Shown here one piece after another: positions 47,715 through 55,713 of a stretch of 64,000 nucleotides of DNA (position 1 is its first letter; every line of letters begins with the position of its first letter). The position numbers and the translations under genes were made by a program. The DNA comes from Flavobacteriaceae bacterium. Lineage in GTDB: Bacteria > Bacteroidota > Bacteroidia > Flavobacteriales > Flavobacteriaceae. The stretch is from contig JAGQYS010000010.1 of NCBI GenBank assembly GCA_020435965.1, positions 12,687 to 76,686 of the forward strand. The letters run 5' to 3'. Below the pieces are notes generated by a model. That model was given only the letters and a program-made list of their open reading frames with translations. It made no database searches and was not told where the DNA came from.

Positions 47715-47792
47715 TGTCATGTTGAGCGCAGTCGAGACATCTCATTATGAGATTTCTCAATCGTCACTTCGTTTCCTCATGTCGAAATGACA
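47715..47792. repeat. REP/MITE-like palindromic element, same family as 23068-23142
   Basis: tgtcatgttgagcgcagtcgagacatctcattatgagatttctcaatcgtcacttcgtttcctcatgtcgaaatgaca. Confidence 0.85.
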
Positions 47793-47798
47793 AACAAA

Positions 47799-48518
47799 AT
47801 GATAAAGTTCTTTAGAAAAATACGATACAACCTTATGGAAACAGGAAAAACTGGTAAATACCTAAAATATGCCATTGGCGAAATTATTCTCGTAATGATT
47901 GGTATTCTTTTAGCACTACAAGTAAGCAATTGGAATGAAAAACGCAAAGACAGGATAAAAGAGCAATCCGTTTTATCATCAATCAATAAAGAATTTAAAA
48001 TGAACAAAATTCAATTTGATTCTGTTTTATACTTTCATAAAAAGGCTTATAATGGCTGCAACAAATTGATTGCAATGTTTCCCATTGATATTGAAAGGGA
48101 TAATTTAGATACCATTTCAAAGCACCTTTGGGATGCTGCATATAATTGGACGTTTAACCCTTCACAAGGAACTATAAACAGCATTATAAATACATCATCT
48201 TTTGATATTATAAGCAATGATGAGCTTAGAGGTTTGCTGGTATCTTGGTCAGACATCGTTTTGGATTTACAAGAAGATGAAATTCAGAATAAGAAAGTAG
48301 TATTTGAGCAGATGGATCCTTTTTTTGCAGGAAACATTGACTATAATTTTAATTTAAAAGACAAGCGAAATAATTTAAACGTACTAGAATCCATTAAATT
48401 TGAATATCTCATTAGGTTAAGGCAAGCTCTTCTTTGGGAACTTTTTAAACCAGGAGCAGAAATTGAAGTTTTAGAGAAAAACCTAGAAAGAATTATTGAA
48501 CTTACATCAGAAAAATAG
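47799..48518 (+). CDS. MIKFF...NNWNE family single-pass membrane protein, copy 7
   Basis: Track ORF begins at 47787 inside the repeat terminus (MTNK); the family start MIKFFRKIRYNL is ATG 47799. Confidence 0.8.
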   Translation: MIKFFRKIRYNLMETGKTGKYLKYAIGEIILVMIGILLALQVSNWNEKRKDRIKEQSVLSSINKEFKMNKIQFDSVLYFHKKAYNGCNKLIAMFPIDIERDNLDTISKHLWDAAYNWTFNPSQGTINSIINTSSFDIISNDELRGLLVSWSDIVLDLQEDEIQNKKVVFEQMDPFFAGNIDYNFNLKDKRNNLNVLESIKFEYLIRLRQALLWELFKPGAEIEVLEKNLERIIELTSEK

Positions 48519-48538
48519 AAACTCTTAAACCAACACAC

Positions 48539-49966
48539 ATGAAAAAAGCTTTAAAACTATTAGGAATACTAATACTCATCGTTTTAGCTGTCTTAATTTT
48601 TAATACCTTAAGACTAAGCTCAAAACAAGTAGCTCCACAAGCCTTAGAAAGTGTCAACCTACCAAGTGATGCCTTTCACAACCTTTCAAAAGCCATACAA
48701 TTTCCAACCGTTTCTTTCAGTGAAGATGCCATTCCAGACTCAACAGCATTTTTTGGTTTTCACAGATTTCTTGAAGAAACCTTTCCGTTAACACATACTA
48801 ATTTATCTCTAGAAAAAATAAACGATTACAGTTTACTCTATAAATGGGAAGGTTCAGACGCTTCAAAAAAACCTATTATCTTAATGTCACATCAAGACGT
48901 AGTTCCTGTTGATGAGCCAACTTTAAACGATTGGGAAGCCGAGCCGTTTTCAGGTAAGATTACTGACACGCATATTATTGGTCGTGGCACAATGGACGAT
49001 AAAGGTACATTGATAGGATTATTAGAGGCTGTGGAAAAATTACTCGAAGAAGGTTTTGTACCAACTCGAACCATTTATCTTGCTTCTGGACACGATGAAG
49101 AAGTTGGTGGAAGCAATGGTGCTGCTGCCATCGCAGCACATTTAAAAGCAAAAGGAATACATGCAGCCATGACACTCGATGAAGGTGGTTTTATTGCTGA
49201 AGATTTAGTTCCAGGAGTAAATAATCCTGTTGCTATGATTAATCTATCCGAAAAAGGTTTTGCTTCATTTAGGTTGATTGTAGAAACCACTGGAGGACAC
49301 AGCTCGCAACCTCCACGCGAAAATACCATTGGCATGTTGGCACAAGCCATTGTAGATTTAGAAAACAATCAGTTACCTTACAAATTGGTTAATCCTGTTG
49401 ATTACCAATTAGAATATATGGGAGCTGAACTACCCTTTTTTCAAAAAATGGCTTTTGCCAATCCTTGGTTGTTTAAAAAACCAATATTGGAAGCTTTAAA
49501 TGCGCATACCACGACTGCTCCAACCATAATTGATGGAGGAGTGAAAAACAATGTGATTCCAACAGTTGCTGAAGCAACCATTAATTTTAGAATTCTACCT
49601 GGTGAAACCATAGAATCTACACAGCAACATATTGAAGCTGCCATTTCAGATAAAATAAGAGTAGAACCTGTTGGTTTTTTAACCAATCCATCTCCTGTTT
49701 CAAGTATCGATTCTGAAGCTTTTAAAATATTAGAACAAACCATTCGTGATATGTTTCCAACAAGTATTGTTGTTCCAGGTTTAGTTGGTGGTGGCACTGA
49801 TGCCAGATATTTTTATGACATTTCAGATGATGTGTATCGTTTTTACCCTATTCGTATCGGTCCAGACAGCATGACCAGATTTCATGGTATTGACGAAAAA
49901 ATAAGTAAAGACAATTACAAAGAGATTATTGAATTTGCCTACCATTTAATAAAAAAGTTTAATTAA
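48539..49966 (+). CDS. M20/M25/M40-family metallopeptidase with N-terminal membrane anchor
   Basis: 475 aa; TM (LLGILILIVLAVLIF); SHQDVVPV, GRGTMDDKG, GHDEEVGG metal-binding blocks. Confidence 0.85.
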   Translation: MKKALKLLGILILIVLAVLIFNTLRLSSKQVAPQALESVNLPSDAFHNLSKAIQFPTVSFSEDAIPDSTAFFGFHRFLEETFPLTHTNLSLEKINDYSLLYKWEGSDASKKPIILMSHQDVVPVDEPTLNDWEAEPFSGKITDTHIIGRGTMDDKGTLIGLLEAVEKLLEEGFVPTRTIYLASGHDEEVGGSNGAAAIAAHLKAKGIHAAMTLDEGGFIAEDLVPGVNNPVAMINLSEKGFASFRLIVETTGGHSSQPPRENTIGMLAQAIVDLENNQLPYKLVNPVDYQLEYMGAELPFFQKMAFANPWLFKKPILEALNAHTTTAPTIIDGGVKNNVIPTVAEATINFRILPGETIESTQQHIEAAISDKIRVEPVGFLTNPSPVSSIDSEAFKILEQTIRDMFPTSIVVPGLVGGGTDARYFYDISDDVYRFYPIRIGPDSMTRFHGIDEKISKDNYKEIIEFAYHLIKKFN

Positions 49967-49983
49967 TGATAAAGTTTTTTAGA
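49966..49983 (+). pseudogene. Orphan 5' stub of a MIKFF-family gene overlapping the M20 stop (TAATG)
   Basis: atgataaagttttttaga = MIKFFR, then unrelated sequence and a stop after 33 codons. Confidence 0.55.
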
Positions 49984-50075
49984 TTATCGAAACAAAATTT
50001 TGCTACTGCAAAATCAAATGTCCAATGGACATTTGGTGGAGATAGCCGCTTGCGGAAAAAATAGAAACTAAAAGT

Positions 50076-50879
50076 ATGATAAAATTCTTCAGAAAAATAA
50101 GATACAATCTTATGGAAACTGGTAAAACTTCAAAATATTTAAAGTATGCTATTGGCGAAATTATTCTTGTAGTTATTGGTATCCTCATTGCTTTAAGCAT
50201 TAATAATTGGAATGAGTCAAGGAAAGAAGCTATTCAAGAAACTGCAATACTAAACCAATTACATATTGAATTTAGAAGCAATTTAAGACAATTGGATGAA
50301 AAAATTGATTTGAAAAAGGAAGCGATAAATTCATCATTACAGCTATTTAAATATATTGATTTTCAAAATCTTCGAAATAAAGATAGCGTTGATTATCATT
50401 TAGCAAGGACATTGCCATTTTCTACATTTGACCCAATAGTAAATGACTTGGCTAGTTCAGGAGAATTAAGAATGATAAAAAACGATAGTTTAAAACAAAA
50501 GCTCTCTTTTTGGACGTCTGAAGTAAAGGATTTACGAGAAGAAGAGGTGGCTTGGCAAGAGCATAGAAATAATAAATATGAACCTTTCCTTATTAAGCAT
50601 TATCAACTAAGAACCATTAGAAATATCGCCAATAAAACGAACGTTTTAGGAAAATATTTAATTGAAGACAAGTCGACCATCATGAAACCTGTAATTGGTG
50701 TCACTAAACATCCTGAAAATTTTAACCTATTGTTGAATCACCCAGACTTTGAAGATCATATAGAAAGGTGCTTAACAAAAAATAATCATGCGCTTAACCA
50801 AGCTTCTATTTTGAGAAAAAGATTAATAGAAATATTAGACATATTAAATTCTGAATTAAAGAATACAAACAATGATTAA
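50076..50879 (+). CDS. MIKFF...NNWNE family single-pass membrane protein, copy 8 (paralogue of copy 4)
   Basis: 267 aa; MIKFFRKIRYNLMETGKTSKYLKYAIGEIILVVIGILIALSINNWNE; the C-terminal domain aligns along its whole length with copy 4. Confidence 0.8.
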   Translation: MIKFFRKIRYNLMETGKTSKYLKYAIGEIILVVIGILIALSINNWNESRKEAIQETAILNQLHIEFRSNLRQLDEKIDLKKEAINSSLQLFKYIDFQNLRNKDSVDYHLARTLPFSTFDPIVNDLASSGELRMIKNDSLKQKLSFWTSEVKDLREEEVAWQEHRNNKYEPFLIKHYQLRTIRNIANKTNVLGKYLIEDKSTIMKPVIGVTKHPENFNLLLNHPDFEDHIERCLTKNNHALNQASILRKRLIEILDILNSELKNTNND

Positions 50880-51593
50880 ATTCTTTCGTCATATTCGTAA
50901 ATCACTCCTTATGGAAAACAAAACAGGAAAGTACTTTAAATACGCTATTGGCGAAATTGTACTCGTTGTAATTGGTATTCTTATTGCTTTAAGCATTAAT
51001 AATTGGAATGAAAAACGAAAAACAGAAGAAAAAAAACCCATAGGTTTTTATTAGGCTTAAAAGCCGATTTACAAAACGATTTAGAAGCCATCAATTTTGT
51101 GATTGATATCCAAAATTCACGATTTAATGCTATTAAAGATTTAATTGATTTTAGCAACTCGCCAAATGTAAAAACCATCATTGAAAATGACTCCATGAAA
51201 GCATCACAAGGTGGTAGGAATTTTACTTTTTTTCCTGTTGTTGGTTCGTATAAAGCAGCCAGCAATACAGGATTAATTGATAATATAAAAGATGAACAAC
51301 TCAAAAACAATATTTTAAACTTATATGAACATTTATATGTAAGAATAAATTATAATGGAGAAATTAATGATAATAGATACGAAATGGTTGATTGGGAAAG
51401 CAGGAACTATATTGATTATACAAAAAAGGAACTTGTGTTTGATAAGCGTGGACTGCTCGATAAGGATTTCGTGAATCAATTAGGCTTTTTAAATAGATTT
51501 GTAAGAGTATATATTGGACGATGTGATGACACAAAATTAGCGATAGAAACAACCTTAAAGGAAATAAACAATTATTTAATGGTTTATGATTAA
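50872..51593 (+). pseudogene. MIKFF-family copy 9, split by a frameshift at an A8 tract
   Basis: ORF 50872-51054 carries the anchor module and stops 6 codons after A8 (51029-51036). Frame 0 is open from 51012 and continues as ...HRFLLGLKADLQNDLEAINFVIDIQNSRFN... into ORF 51099-51593, matching the juxtamembrane pattern of copy 3 (YLKGIKSDLTKD). One extra A or two fewer As would restore about 241 aa. Confidence 0.75.
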
Positions 51594-51612
51594 ATGCTTT
51601 AAAAACTTATAA
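51586..51612 (+). pseudogene. Orphan 5' stub of a MIKFF-family gene at the array end
   Basis: atgattaaatgctttaaaaacttataa (MIKCFKNL*); its ATGATTAA supplies the stop codon of copy 9. Confidence 0.55.
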
Positions 51613-51724
51613 ACCCATCACCTAAAAAAGATCTTCAGCTCTTTAAATGTGTTAAAAACCACTAATTCTATAAACCAAAATAGTCTTTTTTTGTATCTTA
51701 ATCGTATCATAAATACATCAGGTT

Positions 51725-52186
51725 ATGAAATCAGCATCTCGTTTAGACCAAGCCATTGCGAAACTTTACAACGCTTTTAATAATAATACCTTACATCCTG
51801 AATGCTCCAAGAATTGTGCTGTTGGGAATATCCTTGATAATAGCGATTTTTGGAAACACATATCAGATAATCATGGTTCATTACAACTGAATTATGTTGG
51901 TTTGGTCAATCAAAAAATTGGCAAACGCTTTAATGGTTATACACCTTATGAGCTGCTACAGATTGAAGCGGTCTTTCTAAAGGCTTGCAACTATGAGCTT
52001 CCATTTCATCATCAAAACAAAAAGCCAAAAAACCCTACAGATAAAGATGTTTTGTTTAAAGGTCTTTCTGCCGTGGTATCATTTTTATGCCAATTAGATG
52101 GCATTGACAATGTGATGGATTATTCCAAGATATTTAAATTAAAAAATGGTACACCTTTTTATGAATTAAATGAAATTCTTATATAA
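51725..52186 (+). CDS. Hypothetical cytoplasmic protein
   Basis: 153 aa; no motif recognised; convergent with nqrF. Confidence 0.35.
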   Translation: MKSASRLDQAIAKLYNAFNNNTLHPECSKNCAVGNILDNSDFWKHISDNHGSLQLNYVGLVNQKIGKRFNGYTPYELLQIEAVFLKACNYELPFHHQNKKPKNPTDKDVLFKGLSAVVSFLCQLDGIDNVMDYSKIFKLKNGTPFYELNEILI

Positions 52187-52222
52187 AACAGAAACCCAAC
52201 AGAAAATGTTGGGTTTTGTTTT
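52186..52222. terminator. Bidirectional hairpin terminator between the hypothetical gene and nqrF
   Basis: aaacccaac / gttgggttt stem with a 7-nt loop, flanked by an A-rich run on the left and a T-rich run on the right. Confidence 0.75.
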
Positions 52223-52237
52223 ATAATTGATTGAAGA

Positions 52238-53545
52238 TTATCCTCCAAAGTCATCAAATCTGATGTGCTCATCTGGGATTCCAAAATCTTCTCCCATTTT
52301 CTGAACGGCTTTGTTCATTAATGGTGGTCCACAGAAGTAAAGCTCAATATCTTCTGGAGCTTCATGATGATTTAAGTAGTTGTCTATAACACAATTGTGT
52401 ATAAATCCAACAAAACCATCTCCAGGAGCATCAATATTTTCTTTTACTTTCCAGTTATCTTCTGGTAAAGGCTCAGATAAAGCAAGGTAGAACTTAAAGT
52501 TTGGGAAATCGCGCTCTAAAGCTTCAAAATGCTCTAAGTAGAACAACTCACGTTTAGATCGTCCTCCATACCAATAGGTTACTTTTCTACCAGTTTTTAA
52601 GGTTTTAAACAAGTGATATAAATGTGAACGCATTGGTGCCATTCCTGCTCCACCACCAACGTATAGCATTTCGCTTTCAGATTCGTTGATAAAGAATTCT
52701 CCATAAGGTCCTGAAATGGTAACTTTATCACCAGGTTTTTGAGCAAAAATATAAGAAGATGCTACACCTGGATTTACGTCCATCCATCCATTCTTATTAC
52801 GATCCCAAGGTGGAGTTGCAATACGAACGTTTAACATGATCTCACGTCCTTCAGCTGGATAAGAAGCCATAGAGTAAGCTCTTTCAACTGTTTCAGTGTT
52901 TTTCATCACTAAAGGCCAAAGCCCAAATTTATCCCATTCTGCTTGAAATTTATCTGGTGTTTCGTGCTCTTCAGGATGCGCAGTAATATCTATATCTGAA
53001 TATTTAATTTCGCATGGAGGGATTTCAATTTGAATATATCCTCCAGCTTTATAGTTCATATCTTCAGGAATACGAACAACAAATTCTTTAATAAACGAAG
53101 CTACGTTATAGTTTCTTACCACTTCAGCTTCCCATTTCTTAATACCAAAAACTTCTTCTGGAATGGTGATTTCCATGTCTTGTTTTACTTTGACTTGACA
53201 AGACAAACGTGCGCCATGCTGTAATTCTTTACGTGTAAAGTGTGGTGTTTCAGTAGGCAAAGCTTCTCCACCACCTGACAATACATGACATTCACATTGA
53301 ATACATGTTCCACCACCACCACATGCAGATGGTAAAAATATTTTTTCACCACCTAAAGTAGCTAACAAACTGTTTCCAGAGGCAACTTCAATTTCTCTCT
53401 CACCATTAATTAAGATCTTTACAGGACCTGAAGGTGATAATTTTTGTTTTACAAATAATAGTAATGCAACCAATAATAAGGTTAAAACCAAAAATGCAGC
53501 AACTGTTGCTAAAATTGTTCCTAATGTACTTGCGGCTAATATCAT
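52238..53545 (-). CDS. nqrF: Na+-translocating NADH:quinone oxidoreductase subunit F
   Basis: 435 aa; N-terminal TM, 2Fe-2S ferredoxin motif CGGGGTCIQC, FAD (RAYSMAS) and NADH (GGGAGMAP) motifs. Confidence 0.95.
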   Translation of the reverse strand: MILAASTLGTILATVAAFLVLTLLLVALLLFVKQKLSPSGPVKILINGEREIEVASGNSLLATLGGEKIFLPSACGGGGTCIQCECHVLSGGGEALPTETPHFTRKELQHGARLSCQVKVKQDMEITIPEEVFGIKKWEAEVVRNYNVASFIKEFVVRIPEDMNYKAGGYIQIEIPPCEIKYSDIDITAHPEEHETPDKFQAEWDKFGLWPLVMKNTETVERAYSMASYPAEGREIMLNVRIATPPWDRNKNGWMDVNPGVASSYIFAQKPGDKVTISGPYGEFFINESESEMLYVGGGAGMAPMRSHLYHLFKTLKTGRKVTYWYGGRSKRELFYLEHFEALERDFPNFKFYLALSEPLPEDNWKVKENIDAPGDGFVGFIHNCVIDNYLNHHEAPEDIELYFCGPPLMNKAVQKMGEDFGIPDEHIRFDDFGG

Positions 53546-53546
53546 G

Positions 53547-54296
53547 TTATTCCTCTTCTTTTAAAGTGTTATTAGCTAATTCTTCTGTTTTCTCTTCTGT
53601 TGAAGTAATTATCTTTTCAGATTCTATTTGTTCTTTTTGAACCAATACTGTTTTTTCTTCTTTTACTTCTTCATCTCCTCCAGTAAGCATTCCACCGAAG
53701 CTCATAAAACCAATAGCCATTAAACCAGTAATGATGAAAGTAATTCCTAATCCTCTTAAAGGTGCTGGCACATTTGAGTATCTGATTTTTTCACGTATTG
53801 CTGCTATTGCTAAAATGGCTAAAAACCATCCAATTCCAGACGATACACCATAATTAAATGCCAAACCAAATGTTGCAATTTCACGTGATTGCATAAATAA
53901 CGAGCCTCCTAAAATTGCACAGTTTACAGCAATTAATGGTAAAAAAATACCAAGTGAGTTATATAACGATGGTGAAAATTTCTCTACTACAATCTCTACT
54001 AATTGTACCATGGTTGCAATAGTTGCGATAAACATGATGAATGAAAGGAAACTTAAATCGTAATCTGAATATTCTGCACCTAACCATTTACCTAATGCTC
54101 CTGGTTGCAAAATATATTGATCTAATAACCAGTTTAAAGGCACTGTAATGGCCAATACAAATATTACAGCAGCTCCAAGACCAACAGCTGTTGATACTTT
54201 TTTAGATACTGCAAGGTATGAACACATTCCTAAGAACGTGGCAAATACCATGTTGTCTATAAATATTGATTTGAAAAATAATTCTATATGTTCCAT
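53547..54296 (-). CDS. nqrE: Na+-NQR subunit E with a roughly 45-aa acidic C-terminal extension
   Basis: 249 aa; NqrE/RnfA-type core to ...[13 protein letters not shown], then [44 protein letters not shown]. Confidence 0.9.
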   Translation of the reverse strand: MEHIELFFKSIFIDNMVFATFLGMCSYLAVSKKVSTAVGLGAAVIFVLAITVPLNWLLDQYILQPGALGKWLGAEYSDYDLSFLSFIMFIATIATMVQLVEIVVEKFSPSLYNSLGIFLPLIAVNCAILGGSLFMQSREIATFGLAFNYGVSSGIGWFLAILAIAAIREKIRYSNVPAPLRGLGITFIITGLMAIGFMSFGGMLTGGDEEVKEEKTVLVQKEQIESEKIITSTEEKTEELANNTLKEEE

Positions 54297-54307
54297 AATA
54301 TTTTATT

Positions 54308-54955
54308 CTAGTTGTCTTCAATTAATGCTGGGTTCTTGCTACGTTGCACCCAAATTATAATCCCTACAACAATTAATGCCATTGGTGCCAATAACATAAA
54401 TCCGTTATTTTCGTAACCAATACTATATAATCCTGTTTTTGCTATAGGATCTCCTAAAACTTTAAATCCTAGCAAAGTACCTGATCCTAACAATTCTCTA
54501 AAGAATCCTACAATGATTAAGATAATTCCATATCCTAATGCATTACCAATTCCATCTAAGAAAGATCTCCAAGGTCCATTTCCTAAAGCAAAGGCTTCAA
54601 AACGTCCCATAATGATACAGTTGGTAATAATAAGTCCGATAAAAGCTCCAAGCTCTTTACTTAATTGATAAGAGAATGCTTTTAAAACCTGATCTACGAT
54701 AATTACTAAAGCAGCTACGACAGTTAGCTGTACAATAATTCTGATTTTTGATGGAATGATGTTTCTAATCAGTGAGATAACAACGTTACCAACACCTAAT
54801 ACAAATATTACAGAAACTGCCATTACAATGGACGCTTTTAACTGCGCTGTAATTGCCAAAGCCGAACAAATACCTAATACCTGAATAGTAATTGGGTTAT
54901 CGTCTGCTAAAGGATCTAATATTAATTTGCTGTCTTTTTTAGATAAAAGTCCCAT
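54308..54955 (-). CDS. nqrD: Na+-NQR subunit D
   Basis: 215 aa polytopic; NqrD/RnfE pattern (LGICSALAIT, ITNCIIMGR). Confidence 0.92.
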   Translation of the reverse strand: MGLLSKKDSKLILDPLADDNPITIQVLGICSALAITAQLKASIVMAVSVIFVLGVGNVVISLIRNIIPSKIRIIVQLTVVAALVIIVDQVLKAFSYQLSKELGAFIGLIITNCIIMGRFEAFALGNGPWRSFLDGIGNALGYGIILIIVGFFRELLGSGTLLGFKVLGDPIAKTGLYSIGYENNGFMLLAPMALIVVGIIIWVQRSKNPALIEDN

Positions 54956-54958
54956 AAA

Positions 54959-55711
54959 TTAATTGTTTTTTAAAGTTTTAAAATAAGGTAAGTACAGCTT
55001 TAAATCTTTTTTCAGCATTGCTGCAACACCATCTCCTGTAATGGTTGCGCCAGCGATAGCATCAACCTCATTATCTGTTTTGTCATTATTTAACGGATCT
55101 GCATTACTTTTTGAAATGTTAATTCCAACAAAGTTTCCAGATTCATCCAATAAATGTTCTCCAATAAAATCGTCCATAAAGAAACGTTCTTTTATGTTTG
55201 CTCCCAGACCAGCGGTTTCTCCTTGATGGTCAAAATAAGCTCCTTGAACAACCATATTCTCATCCATAGCTACATAAGCCCAAACCGCATCCCAAAGTCC
55301 TTTTCCTCTAATTGGTGCTATATAATATGTTTTACCATCTTTTTCACCAATAAATAGTGGTAACCGTCTTTCTTTTCCTTCCTTAGCATTAGACTGCTCT
55401 TTCTTAACATCTATTAAATAAGCTTGGTCATCTTCTTTAACATCTGTTCCGTTAGTGATTACAATTTGATGTGTAATGTATTTTGAAAACTCGTCTCCTA
55501 CTTTTGCATCTTCAATAAAAGCAACGCTGCTTTCATCATTTTCATGAATTCCCATGGCATATAGGATGTTTTGTTGCTTTTCTATGCGTTTGTTTTCATC
55601 AATTTTTGGTCTCAATGAAGATGCAACAAAAGCTAATAAAGAACCTACTACTACTACCATACCAATGGCAAATAGTATTGTATATACATTTTTATCTGTT
55701 TTCTTTTCCAT
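54959..55711 (-). CDS. nqrC: Na+-NQR subunit C (FMN-binding)
   Basis: 250 aa; one N-terminal TM; FMN-attachment region DAIAGATITGDGV. Confidence 0.92.
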   Translation of the reverse strand: MEKKTDKNVYTILFAIGMVVVVGSLLAFVASSLRPKIDENKRIEKQQNILYAMGIHENDESSVAFIEDAKVGDEFSKYITHQIVITNGTDVKEDDQAYLIDVKKEQSNAKEGKERRLPLFIGEKDGKTYYIAPIRGKGLWDAVWAYVAMDENMVVQGAYFDHQGETAGLGANIKERFFMDDFIGEHLLDESGNFVGINISKSNADPLNNDKTDNEVDAIAGATITGDGVAAMLKKDLKLYLPYFKTLKNN

Positions 55712-55713
55712 TG

